Origin: Macrostomum hystrix
Taxonomy: Eukaryota; Animalia; Platyhelminthes
Direction of reading: 5' to 3'
Length of the DNA: 64,000 bases
NCBI GenBank assembly: GCA_950097015.1
Contig: CATNEN010000001.1
Location: forward strand, 16,120,001-16,184,000
Each line of letters begins with the position of its first letter. The stretch's first letter is position 1. The translations under genes and the position numbers were made by a program. The notes beneath the pieces are model-generated. The model saw only the letters and a program-made list of their open reading frames with translations, was not told the origin of the DNA and made no database searches. Below, piece after piece: positions 9,995 to 22,766 of this stretch.

Positions 9995-12583
9995 TCTGAA
10001 AAAAATTATCTGCAATCAAGAAGACAATTTTTATTGGAAATTCATTATATTTATTAATAAATTCTGTGGATTAACTGATTCTAAAATAAAGTTCATGTAC
10101 TATCTAATTTAATATGATTTGCAATTCATATACAAAATGTGCAAATTTTTAACAATTTTTTGCTTACAGCCAATACATTTGCACTCAAGTTTGGACATGA
10201 ACATACAAAAAATATATGATCCTGTGATTGTATAGAACTAATGAAATAAATAAACTGAATAACATAAAAATATTTTTTCATAAAAAAACATAAAATAATT
10301 GATACAAATATGAAATAGAAATATGAAACGTACAAGTGTCTACAAGTAACAACTGGACAAGTGCAACTTTAATTGTAGTACAGTATTATAAAAGCCTAAC
10401 AAAATGTAACATGTAAAATAACATAAGACATTTTTATTTTTTATATTCTCTGCTTGCAAATATATCTTAGTTTGTTTTTAATAAAAAAACAAATTAATAA
10501 AAATGCTAGCATATAAAATGTAAATATTATTGAACAGTTTGCAGAAGTGAATTTGTTTATTTTGTTTGACCCTTATTGTGCATTTCTTTTTATTAATAAT
10601 TGAAATAGCTTCAATTGAAACATATTTTTACATAGTGTACACTTATTTTTTTGGCATACATTAGCATATAACGGCTTACATTACATATTATTTTACTTTC
10701 TGCCTCCGGCGTACACATAGCATGATCGAGACTATGGACATGGTAAACAAGTATATTGTAGAAGCAATTTCGTGTTAAAATAAATTGAATAGATAACTTT
10801 AATGAGTTTGTTTTATTATATAAAAATGCATCAAGAAATGTACACCCTGATCAGTAAATATAATAAAATATGTTGCAATATATAAGAAAATAAGATTCAT
10901 TCAAAATATAAATAAAAAATTGAACATATGTTTCTGTGCTAATAACATAGAAGCGATTAATATTCTATTTTATGAGTATAAATAGAATATTATATAAAAT
11001 ATAAAATCTCTATTTTATGAGTATTATAATGAAAGTGCCAGTTGTATGGTGGCCATGCCTAAGTGATAATTTCTAAAGGGCATAGAAAATTATTGTAAAT
11101 AATCTATCATTCCTTTTTTCGTATATTAGCACTCGCAAAATAAATAAAATTGAAAAAGAAGGCATACCACTCGAAAAACGTTTGTAATAGAAAATTAACC
11201 CTCTAGCTAATTAATGTAACACTGCTTTGACAGTGATACATTAAGATTAATTAGTTAATTAATTACAGTTTGTCTTTCATGGAAACATTCCGCATGACAC
11301 GATTGAATTTTCGGCAAATTCTTCATCGATAAATCGTGCACTTTAAGAAAATTAAAACAATTTTGCGATTGCAAACGAGCAGAATATTAAGCTTAAAAAT
11401 GAATTTTAACTCTTTGCGATTCATGCTTTACTGCTATTGCCAAGGTGTAGTGTTTTAGTTAAATACTTTGAAACACGACATTATACTGTGTAAAATCACT
11501 ATAGTTTAAAAATATTGCGAATTGTTGCTTAAATTTGTATTTCCTTTTTGGATATTCCGATCAAATATGGCTTCTGTGCTTGCATTATTTGTTTCAAAAC
11601 ACGCAGAATAAAGCAGCAAAAAGTCTGTCAGCTTCACAGAAAGACACAGATAACAAACACTTGCATATATTTTTAGCGTAGATTGCATAGGACTAGCGTA
11701 TAATAACACTAGCGTAGGCATCCGAAACTTTTCTTATGACTGACACTGATAGCTCAATAAGAAGTATATATGTCGTTTGATTTGTGATAGACCGCATAGA
11801 GATAATTTGGTACTCTTGACTGTTTATTTTTCCGTTTTCTATAAAAATGATTTGAATTAGACTACGAATTACGACCGACGGTATGTATAAGAAAAAGAGC
11901 AGCGACGAGAAATCTATAGCTAGCAGAAATATTGAATTTCAAAGAAGGATAATTGCAGTCAGAAATAAAAACACTACGTGCTATATATTTTATTGATATA
12001 ATAATTCATCCTGCAATTCATGCAAAAAACGGAATTTGAAAATCTTACACATTACGAATGAAAGCTTTTTTTAATTTTAGCCTTGTAGGAATTGTAGAAG
12101 AAAAGTTAATTATAATCTGAAAAATGAAAAAATTAAAAAAATTATCGTTCATTCTTTTGTAAAGTTCAAAACTTTATGAGATTCGGTAGAACAAGTTAGG
12201 CAAGAATTATATCAAAAGAACAGCTTTGTATGTGCATGCTTCCAATCCAAAGCTGTCACCATTTAAATCTGAAAAGTGAAAATTTCCAATCTCCGTAGTG
12301 TATCTTTTTCGCCTTAAATTTTTTTTCTGTAGTTTCCCGTCCTTCTACTCCTAGTGGTCCGTCCTTGGTCTGGAATCGAACCTCCGACCTAATTTAAGTC
12401 TATTGCGAGTACCACGCCTTATAACCACTTCGGCTGCAAATACTTTAGTGGTTCTAGCTATTAAGTAAAATAAAAGAAAAAGTTATTATAGATAAGAAAG
12501 TTATAAACAACCTCAGCGGTGTCCAAAGCATATATGGTTTCTCTCTATCGTTATTCAGCCAATCAGGTGTGGCGGATGACAAT

Positions 12584-14419
12584 CTAAGCGTGCACAATCG
12601 TAGGCGCTGTAGTCGTGGTAGTCATTGGCTTGAAGCGTCTCAGCCAGATCTGACTGTCAAAGTCAGCCAGTCGCCACACCTGCTGACCGGCTGCGGCACC
12701 GAACCGCCTGTCCACGTGGCTTTCCTGGCTGCGCATTCCCGAGGTCTCGTTGTGCACAATCAGCTGCTGACAGAAGCCGTTCGACGGTGCGAAAGCGGCA
12801 GCCAAACAGTCAGTGGGTCGGCACTGGGTCAGGCACTCGATGTCCGACCGCATGACGTCAGTGGAATTGAGCACTTCGCTGCTTGAGTTTGAGCTCACAT
12901 TGATTGGCGAATTACACGGCTCAAATTGCGGCTGCACTTGGGCCAGAGTCGATCCCACGGTGACTGCAGAAAAGCATTTTCAAATATACTGCGTTGTGAA
13001 TTTCAGCTTCTATTATACTACTTACTATTACTACTTTTATTGTTTATTATTGTTTTATTATTATTGCATGAGATTAGTTAAATGATTTCAAGTCGGAAGT
13101 ATTTTTTTACTAAGGAAATCTTTGAAAAAAGATGTCTAGAATGACGCACTTTTCACTACAGTCAAAAAACAAATTGGTAGAAAATAAATGAGTGACAGCA
13201 TGGTTGCATAAAGACTGCGTACGGCTGTTTAGTCCATGGACAGGGGGGACGCCACACCCACCCTCAAATACCACAGCTAACGCTGGGTGAACAGAAGCAA
13301 TCAAGACATAAGTGTATTGCAAAATAGCACCAATTGTTCCACTGGACTTGGGATTCGAACCCTCGACCTTCACGTCGTGAGTCCGACGCTCTAACTAGTA
13401 AGCAAGCGGGGAATTGTAGCCCAGTCTGAGTTGCTCTGTTCAAAAGCAAATAGTATTCAGAAAGATTTTCACTTTTTAGCTGCGTCGTCAATGCTTTTAG
13501 AGATTTTTTTACGCAGAAATTTGCAACAAGAAAGATTATTGATTTCCCTGGCATTGAAGCAGTAAGAAGACGGAGAGAAGAAGCGAGATGACACGCAGAG
13601 CTGACAGACAGACTGGCAGCAAAAGAATTGTGAGTCTGGCGTCTTTTTCGTAAATGCCTTAGAATAGTTGAGCATTTGTTCTCTATAACTTAATACTAAG
13701 TCTTCGTAGAAACTAAACAACAAGTATTTACTGTTTACCGCATGAACTTTTATTTGACAGCAGCATTCGCTTTTTAGACTAGCAACTCACCTGCTAGACT
13801 AATGCCTCACCTGTTAGACTAATGCCTCACCTGTTAGACTAATGCCTCACCTGTTAGACTAATGCCTCACCTGTTAGACTAATGCCTCACCTGTTACACT
13901 AATGCCTCACCTGTTAGACTAATGCCTCACCTGTCAGACTAATGCCTCACCTGTTAGACTAATGCCTCACCTGTTAGACTAATGCCTCACCTGTTAGACT
14001 AATGCCTCACCTGTTAGACTAATGCCTCACCTGTTAGACTAATGCCTCACCTGTTAGACTAATGCCTCACCTGTTAGACTAATGCCTCACCTGTTAGACT
14101 AATGCCTCACCTGTTAGACTAATGCCTCACCTGTTAGACTAATGCCTCACCTGTTAGACTAATGCCTCACCTGTTAGACTAATGCCTCACCTGTTAGACT
14201 AATGCCTCACCTGTCAGACTAATGCCTCACCTGTTAGACTAATGCCTCACCTGTTAGACTAATGCCTCACCTGTTAGACTAATGCCTCACCTGTTAGACT
14301 AATGCCTCACCTGTTAGACTAATGCCTCACCTGTTAGAATCATCAATTAGTGCAATAGACTCACCGCATAATAGCATGGCTATTTCAACACAAGCCGTAA
14401 ATGATAAATTGTAACGCAT
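12584..14419 (-). CDS. Small secreted PAN/apple-like domain protein, 144 aa; exons 14419-14365 and 12963-12584
   Basis: Phase-1 join (G|GTGAGT ... TTTTCTGCAG|TC) yields signal peptide MRYNLSFTACVEIAMLLCVTVGSTLA followed by SDIECLTQC-x4-CLAAAF-x5-FCQ, a PAN-like Cys pattern. Confidence 0.7.
13200..13405 (-). mobile_element. tRNA-derived SINE family B copy (intronic)
   Basis: TTAGAGCGTCGGACTC...GGTTCGAATCCC head on minus strand; body CAGTCCATGGAC...CCACACCCACC shared with 57130-57190. Confidence 0.8.
13785..14338. repeat. 20-bp minisatellite (~27 copies) in the PAN-gene intron
   Basis: Unit AATGCCTCACCTGTTAGACT; reverse complement of the array at 24636-24946. Confidence 0.98.
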
Positions 14420-14629
14420 TTCAATACGATAAACGTTTATTGTCATGAAATCTCGCTCAAAATTTATCAAGATAAAATGTTGCCTGTGTATAGCCTTAAG
14501 ATTTATATTCTTTCTCTTTACTGTTTGTTGCCAATCCTGTCTGTTGCTATGCAAGAAGCTAAATTGTGTTTTTGGTTAAACACAATGGCCTGGGTAGGCT
14601 TAGAGGGCAAGAGAAAATTTTTTAAACTA

Positions 14630-15115
14630 GACTCCTAACTAAGAGTCCTAAATAAGTCCTAACTAGAATCGCAGCAAGAGTTCTAACTAGAATAGCAGCA
14701 AGAGTTCTAACTAGAATCGCAGCAATAGTTCTAACTAGAATCGCAGCAAGAGTCCTAACTAGAATCGCAGCAAGAGTTCTAACTAGAATCGCAGCAAGAG
14801 TCCTAACTAGAATCGCAGCAAGAGTTCTAACTGGAATCGCAGCAAGTGTCCTAACTAGAATCGCAGCAATAGTTCTAACTAGAATCACAGCAAGAGTCCT
14901 AACTAGAATCGCAGCAAGAGTTCTAACTAGAATCGCAGCAAGAGTCCTAGCTAGAATCGCAGCAAGAGTTCTAACTAGAATCGCAGCAAGAGTCCTAACT
15001 AGAATCGCAGCAAGAGTCCTAACTAGAATCGCAGCAAGAGTTCTAACTAGAATCGCAGCAAGAGTCCTAGCTAGAATCGCAGCAAGAGTCCTAACTAGAA
15101 TCGCAGCAAGAGTTC
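14630..15115. repeat. 24-bp minisatellite (~20 copies)
   Basis: Unit TTCTAACTAGAATCGCAGCAAGAG. Confidence 0.96.
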
Positions 15116-15660
15116 AAATTGAAATCAGTGGAATCGTCACAAAATTAGCAGCAAAAGTTTCTCCTCAGTGGAATTGCAGTTGAATATATCATCAGAATTG
15201 TAACAAGACAGGGTTTCCGTTGGTTATCGCTGCAGGAGCTGTATGTGCCAGAATCGAATCAGGAATCGTAAGTAGAAGCAGTTTCTGCTGCGAATAACAA
15301 ACTATCGTGACCCGATAAAGAACGTAAAAGTTTTCTTTATACTGTTTAGTTTTCAAAACAAATTGCTTTGACTCACCCTGCGTTGCTTCGGCGAACCACC
15401 TGCTTCTTATCTGGCGAGTGCTGCTTCAAATCAATACTCAAACTGTCATTTAAGCAGTTCTTGCAGCACTTCGATATAGCCCGAATGGCATATGAATTAC
15501 GAGTTCATAGCCAGTTCTGGTGATTGTGTTGAAACAATAGCAATCGAAACGGCATCGCTCTAGCTGCTAGAGTGACCGGTCACGGAGGAGCGAGTGGGGA
15601 GTGATTGGCAGCTGAATGTGGGCGTTGTGTCAATCTCTTGTTTTGGCGATCCCCTCTAAA

Positions 15661-15672
15661 GGCTATAAAAGG
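15661..15672 (+). promoter_or_regulatory. TATA box of the Cys-rich peptide gene
   Basis: GGCTATAAAAGG ~105 nt upstream of ATG 15772. Confidence 0.6.
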
Positions 15673-15771
15673 AGGACAGATATTCGCAGTAAGAAGCATT
15701 TAAACTGAAGTTAAGTAAATTCTTGAGAATTTTAATTGAATTACTAGCTAAATAGTTTCATATCGAAGAGA

Positions 15772-16283
15772 ATGCGTTCCGGACTGATCATTCTGTTGAT
15801 CTGCATCTGCATCGGCACATGCCACGGCTGGATCGGAGGTAATAAGATAGTTTAACAATCGCCAATTGTTTCAGAATAATATTTTTCAACCCATATTTGA
15901 ATAATTTCAGCTGGGATTTTTCGCGCCGTGCAAAATAGAGGGTAAGCTCCTGGTCACGGATGAGGATCATCAGCGATCATTTGTTATGGTCGCTGATGAG
16001 TCCATTGCTCAAATTAAATAGGCCAAGACTCGAAGCTCGCGAAAAGCCCAACCATGTTTATTTTAGCCTGAGGTGCGAAATTCAGCGCGACTGTAGCAGA
16101 CCCACCTGCTTCAGATATGGAGGCAGGACCCTGTGTGAGGCCAATTGCAAGGTATGCAGTGTGTGCCACCGCTATGGCCAGGTGAGGTCAAAGCGGTGCC
16201 GGCGATGCAGAGACAGTTGCCAGGCCAGCCCCAGAAACAGCTACTGTGCCAGGCGCAGATGGTGCGGTAGCTTCTGGCCCTAG
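15772..16283 (+). CDS. Secreted cationic 12-cysteine peptide precursor, 104 aa; exons 15772-15838, 15911-15941, 16067-16283
   Basis: Signal peptide MRSGLIILLICICIGTCHG; two short GT-AG introns with matching phases (1 and 2); total 315 nt ending TAG; upstream TATA box. Confidence 0.85.
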
Positions 16284-16883
16284 TTAGGACACTGCACGAT
16301 CTTCGTCTATGGCCTAAAGCTATGGCGTTGCCGGGACGGAGACAGAAACGTTTACGGTGTTTGGCTTGAGAAAGGAACTGCGAAGCGCACTTTAATTTAC
16401 ATTTTTTCTCTCCTTGATATTTAAGGTTGAAGGGTTGCTCCGTTAATTGAACTGAAAATTTGTTCTATATCTGACTCAACAATTACTAGCTAATAAATGA
16501 AAGGGAAAAATAAAGGACTAATTTTATCTTGAAGATTCGCAATATTAAAATTGTGTTTCCTTGAATTTATTTTCAATCCATTGTTGCTTAAAGCTTCAAG
16601 CAACAATTAAAATTTATTTATATTTCGCAATTTAATTTTATTTAAATTTATATATAGTGTTATATTTATATTACGATATTTTAGTAGAGTTCATTACTCA
16701 TAAAAAATCCTTGTGTTTTTAGTGCTAGAGGTTAAGAGGTCTTGAACAGGCATGCCTACTCGTTTCAGTAGTAATTCCTGCTTTTCGAAAACAACCGGCT
16801 TATCGACGCGGATTTGCAATTCTGTTTCAAGGACTGATGCTGCGAGAAAATAGTAAATTGGTTGTTTGTTGAGCTAGAAATGA

Positions 16884-19800
16884 ACCTGAGGATCTGGGAG
16901 AGTGTTATCCTCAACATGAGGATCTGGGAGAGTGTTATCCTCAACCTGAGGATCTGGGAGAGTGTTATCCTCAACCTGAGGATCTGGGAGAGTGTTATCC
17001 TCAACCTGAGGATCTGGGAGAGTGTTATCCTCAACCTGAGGATCTGGGAGAGTGTTATCCTCAACCTGAGGATCTGGGAGAGTGTTATCCTCAACCTGAG
17101 GATCTGGGAGAGTGTTATCCTCAACCTGAGGATCTGGAAGAGTGTTATCCTCAACCTGAGTATCTGGAAGAGTGTTATCCTCAACCTGAGGATCTGGGAG
17201 AGTGTTATCCTCAACCTGAGGATCTGGGAGAGTGTTATCCTCAACCTGAGGATCTGGGAGAGTGTTATCCTCAACCTGAGGATCTGGGAGAGTGTTATCC
17301 TCAACCTGAGGATCTGGAAGAGTGTTATCCTCAACCTGAGGATCTGAGAGAGTGTTATACTCAACCTGAGGATCTGGGAGAGTGTTATCCTCAACCTGAG
17401 GATCTGGGAGAGTGTTATCCTCAACCTGAGGATCTGGGAGAGTGTTATCCTCAACCTGAGGATCTGGGAGAGTGTTATCCTCAACCTGAGGATCTGGGAG
17501 AGTGTTATCCTCAACCTGAGGATCTGGGAGAGTGTTATCCTCAACCTGAGGATCTGGGAGTATGTTATCCTCAACCTGAGGATCTGAGAGAGTGTTATCC
17601 TCAACCTGAGGATCTGGGAGAGTGTTATCCTCAACCTGAGGATCTGGGAGAGTGTTATCCTCAACCTGAGGATCTGGGAGAGTGTTATCCTCAACCTGAG
17701 GATCTGGGAGAGTGTTATCCTCAACCTGAGGATCTGGGAGTATGTTATCCTCAACCTGAGGATCTGAGAGAGTGTTATCCTCAACCTGAGGATCTGGGAG
17801 AGTGTTATCCTCAACCTGAGGATCTGGGAGTATGTTATCCTCAACCTGAGGATCTGAGAGAGTGTTATCCTCAACCTGAGTATCTGGGAGAGTGTTATCC
17901 TCAACCTGAGGATCTGAGAGAGTGTTATCCTCAACCTGAGTATCTGGGAGAGTGTTATCCTCAACCTGAGTATCTGGGAGTGTGTTATCCTCAACCTGAG
18001 GATCTGGGAGAGTGTTATCCTCAACCTGAGTATCTGGGAGAGTGTTATCCTCAACCTGAGGATCTGGGAGAGTGTTATCCTCAACCTGAGGATCTGGGAG
18101 AGTGTTATCCTCAACCTGAGGATCTGGGAGAGTGTTGTCCTCAACCTGAGGATCTGGGAGAGTGTTATCCTCAACCTGAGGATCTGGGAGAGTGTTATCC
18201 TCAACCTGAGGATCTGAGAGAGTGTTATACTCAACCTGAGGATCTGGGAGAGTGTTATCCTCAACATGAGGATCTGGGAGAGTGTTATCCTCAACCTGAG
18301 GATCTGGGAGAGTGTTATCCTCAACATGAGGATCTGGGAGAGTTTTATCCTCAACATGAGGATCTGGGAGTATGTTATCCTCAACATGAGGATCTGGGAG
18401 AGTGTTATCCTCAACCTGAGGATCTGGGAGAGTGTTATCCTCAACCTGAGTATCTGGGAGAGTGTTATCCTCAACCTGAGGATCTGGGAGAGTGTTATCC
18501 TCAACCTGAGTATCTGGGAGAGTGTTATCCTCAACCTGAGTATCTGGGAGAGTGTTATCCTCAACCTGAGTATCTGGGAGAGTGTTATCCTCAACCTGAG
18601 TATCTGGGAGAGTGTTATCCTCAACCTGAGGATCTGGGAGAGTGTTATCCTCAACCTGAGGATCTGAGAGAGTGTTATCCTCAACCTGAGGATCTGGGAG
18701 AGTGTTATCCTCAACCTGAGGATCTGGGAGAGTGTTATCCTCAACCTGAGGATCTGAGAGAGTGTTATACTCAACCTGAGGATCTGAGAGAGTGTTATCC
18801 TCAACCTGAGTATCTGGGAGAGTGTTATCCTCAACATGAGGATCTGGGAGAGTGTTATCCTCAACCTGAGGATCTGGGAGAGTGTTATCCTCAACATGAG
18901 GATCTGAGAGAGTGTTATCCTCAACCTGAGTATCTGGGAGAGTGTTATCCTCAACATGAGGATCTGGGAGAGTGTTATCCTCAACCTGAGGATCTGGGAG
19001 AGTGTTATCCTCAACATGAGGATCTGGGAGAGTTTTATCCTCAACCTGAGGATCTGGGAGAGTGTTATCCTCAACCTGAGGATCTGAGAGAGTGTTATAC
19101 TCAACCTGAGGATCTGGGAGAGTGTTATCCTCAACATGAGGATCTGGGAGAGTGTTATCCTCAACCTGAGTATCTGGAAGTGTGTTATCCTCAACCTGAG
19201 TATCTGGAAGTGTGTTATCCTCAACCTGAGAATCTGGAAGTGTGTTATCCTCAACCTGAGGATCTGGAAGTGTGCTATCCTCAACCTGAGTATCTGGAAG
19301 TGTGTTATCCTCAACCTGAGTATCTGGAAGTGTGTTATCCTCAACCTGAGTATCTGGAAGTGTGTTATCCTCAACCTGAGTATCTGGAAGTGTGCTATCC
19401 TCAACCTGAGTATCTGGAAGTGTGCTATCCTCAACCTGAGTATCTGGAAGTGTGTTATCCTCAACCTGAGTATCTGGAAGTGTGTTATCCTCAACCTGAG
19501 TATCTGGAAGTGTGTTATCCTCAACCTGAGTATCTGGAAGTGTGTTATCCTCAACCTGAGTATCTGGAAGTGTGTTATCCTCAACCTGAGTATCTGGAAG
19601 TGTGTTATCCTCAACCTGAGTATCTGGAAGTGTGTTATCCTCAACCTGAGTATCTGGAAGTGTGCTATCCTCAACCTGAGTATCTGGAAGTGTGCTATCC
19701 TCAACCTGAGTATCTGGAAGTGTGTTATCCTCAACCTGAGTATCTGGAAGTGTGTTATCCTCAACCTGAGTATCTGGAAGTGTGTTATCCTCAACCTGAG

Positions 19801-20158
19801 TATCTGGAAGTGTGTTATCCTCAACCTGAGTATCTGGAAGTGTGTTATCCTCAACCTGATTATCTGGAAGTGTGTTATCCTCAACCTGAGTATCTGGAAG
19901 TGTGTTATCCTCAACCTGAGTATCTGGAAGTGTGTTATCCTCAACCTGATTATCTGGAAGTGTGTTATCCTCAACCTGAGTATCTGGAAGTGTGTTATCC
20001 TCAACCTGAGTATCTGGAAGTGTGCTATCCTCAACCTGAGTATCTGGAAGTGTGTTATCCTCAACCTGAGTATCTGGAAGTGTGTTATCCTCAACCTGAG
20101 TATCTGGAAGTGTGCTATCCTCAACCTGAGTATCTGGAAGTGTGTTATCCTCAACCTG
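16884..20158. repeat. 30-bp minisatellite (~109 copies, two sub-arrays)
   Basis: Unit GATCTGGGAGAGTGTTATCCTCAACCTGAG switching to TATCTGGAAGTGTGTTATCCTCAACCTGAG at ~19171. Confidence 0.98.
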
Positions 20159-20620
20159 TTATTGCTGTCGAGTAGAAAAAATTGAATAAAACAAGAAAGT
20201 AAATCCAATTTATTTAGTCAAGCAACTCAAACTAGTCAACTGCAGTTTTTGCTTGTAAATAATTTTTAAATTAAATTTAATCAAAAAGGGATGGATGCCG
20301 GCAAGTAAAATGAAAACTGCCTGCCCGCTATTCAACAAAACTAGCACACAAAACGAGACAAAACATCAATTGAATACAATAACAAAAACACACCTTCAAA
20401 GATAGAAACGAATGCACAAAAGCTGATATAGGCAGTCTCGAAGCACTGGCATTGAGTCGCATGGCGGAAGCAACAGAGCGACATCAATATGACGATTGGG
20501 GAGAGGAAGACAACAGGTGCAAGAACTCGGTGCGCAAGTTAGCCCTATATAAATTCAAGGGCTTAATTAGTAGCAGGTTAAGAGCTGTTAGGACCATTCT
20601 AGATGAACTTTATCACGATA

Positions 20621-22090
20621 TGTTACATAACCCATGGAATGCATGCCAACCTGTTACATAACCCATGGAATGCATGCTAACCTGTTACATAACCCATGGA
20701 ATGCATGCTAACCTGTTACATAACCCATGGAATGCATGCCAACCTGTTACATAACCCATGGAATGCATGCCAACCTGTTACATAACCCATGGAATGCATG
20801 CCAACCTGTTACATAACCCATGGAATGCATGCTAACCTGTTACATAACCCATGGAATGCATGCCAACCTGTTACATAACCCATGGAATGCATGCCAACCT
20901 GTTACATAACCCATGGAATGCATGCCAACCTGTTACATAACCCATGGAATGCATGCCAACCTGTTACATAACCCATGGAATGCATGCTAACCTGTTACAT
21001 AACACATGGAATGCATGCCAACCTGTTACATAACCCATGGAATGCATGCCAACCTGTTACATAACTCATGGAATGCATGCCAACCTGTTACATAACCCAT
21101 GGAATGCATGCGAACCTGTTACATAACCCATGGAATGCATGCCAACCTGTTACATAACCCATGGAATGCATGCCAACCTGTTACCTAACCCATGGAATGC
21201 ATGCCAACCTGTTACATAACCCATGGAATGCATGCCAACCTGTTACATAACCCATTGAATGCTTGCCAACCTGTTACATAACCCATGGAATGCATGCCAA
21301 TCTGTTACATAACCCATGGAATTCATGCCAACCTGTTACATAACCCATGGAATGCATGCTAACCTGTTACATAACCCATGGAATGCATGCCAACCTGTTA
21401 CATAACCCATGGAATGCATGCCAACCTGTTACATAACCCATGGAATGTTTGCCAACCTGTTACATAACTCATGGAATGCATGCCAACCTGTTACACAAGC
21501 CATGGAATGCATGCCAACCTGTTACATAACCCATGGAATGTTTGCCAACCTGTTACATAACTCATGGAATGCATGCCAACCTGTTACATAACTCATGGAA
21601 TGCATGCCAACCTGTTACACAAGCCATGGAATGCATGCCAACCTGTTACATAACCCATGGATTGTTTGCCAACCTGTTACATAACTCATGGAATGCATGC
21701 CAACCTGTTACATAACCCATGGAATGCATGCCAACCTGTTACATAACCCATGGAATGCATGCCAACCTGTTACATAACCCATGGAATGCATGCCAACCTG
21801 TTACATAACCCATGGAAATCATGCCAACCTGTTACATAACCCATGGAATGTTTGCCAACCTGTTACATAACCCATGGAAATCATGCCAACCTGTTACATA
21901 ACCCATGGATTGTTTGCCAACCTGTTACATAACTCATGGAATGCATGCCAACCTGTTACACAAGCCATGGAATGCATGCCAACCTGTTACACAAGCCATG
22001 GAATGCATGCTAACCTGTTACATAACCCATTAAATCATAACAGCCTGTTACACAACTCATGGAAATCATAACAGCCTGTTACACAACCCA
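20621..22090. repeat. 31-bp minisatellite (~47 copies)
   Basis: Unit TGTTACATAACCCATGGAATGCATGCCAACC. Confidence 0.97.
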
Positions 22091-22766
22091 CGCGAAAGGT
22101 ACAATGCATAACAGTTGGTTTCATTGTTAAAAGCAATTATTTACAAAATATAGGAACAGTTGCGGCTAAAATTGATAATAGCAAAATAATGCTCAGTATG
22201 TCAGATTTCTAAATAAAGCTGGTAAAAAGCAGTAAAACTTTTCTCACATCGATGAAAAGCAAGCAATTTTTTAGCCCAACAAAGACAAAAAGTTCAATTC
22301 AATATCCAACGGTGATTGCCCCAAAGCGATATTTTGCGGCGCAAAAATAGACAAAAAGCGATCAGAAGGAAAAAAGCGTTAAACACTACTGAACAAGGTT
22401 TTGATAAGTAGAGCGATGTGCACATATTAGTTCGAAATGTTTTTCTAAGCTCCTAAAATAGACAAACTATACGAATAAAAGGTGTGCATTAAACAATTAT
22501 TGAATCAATGAAAGCTAATGTCAATTGTCTAACAGACGATTGCACAAACACTGACAGACACATGCAAAGCTGCATGCAAAAGCTAAATAATTGCTGAATA
22601 AAATTTAAATCAAGTAGATTGTAGGTAATTATTTTGCAAAACAGAATTAATAATATGCTAATAATTAATTCACACGCCCAGCAGGAAGACACGCAAGCTA
22701 GCTAGACCAATTACCAACTGCACAAATAAGCATTGATCCTCTCTCTGATTTCGCTGCTATTGCTGA

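Noticed and set aside
13469-13723. Cys-rich ORF (FFCCQSVCQLC...) as an alternative exon of the PAN-like gene
   Set aside because: Joining it to the signal exon needs a weak GAG acceptor and an extra micro-exon; the direct join to 12963 gives a clean signal peptide.
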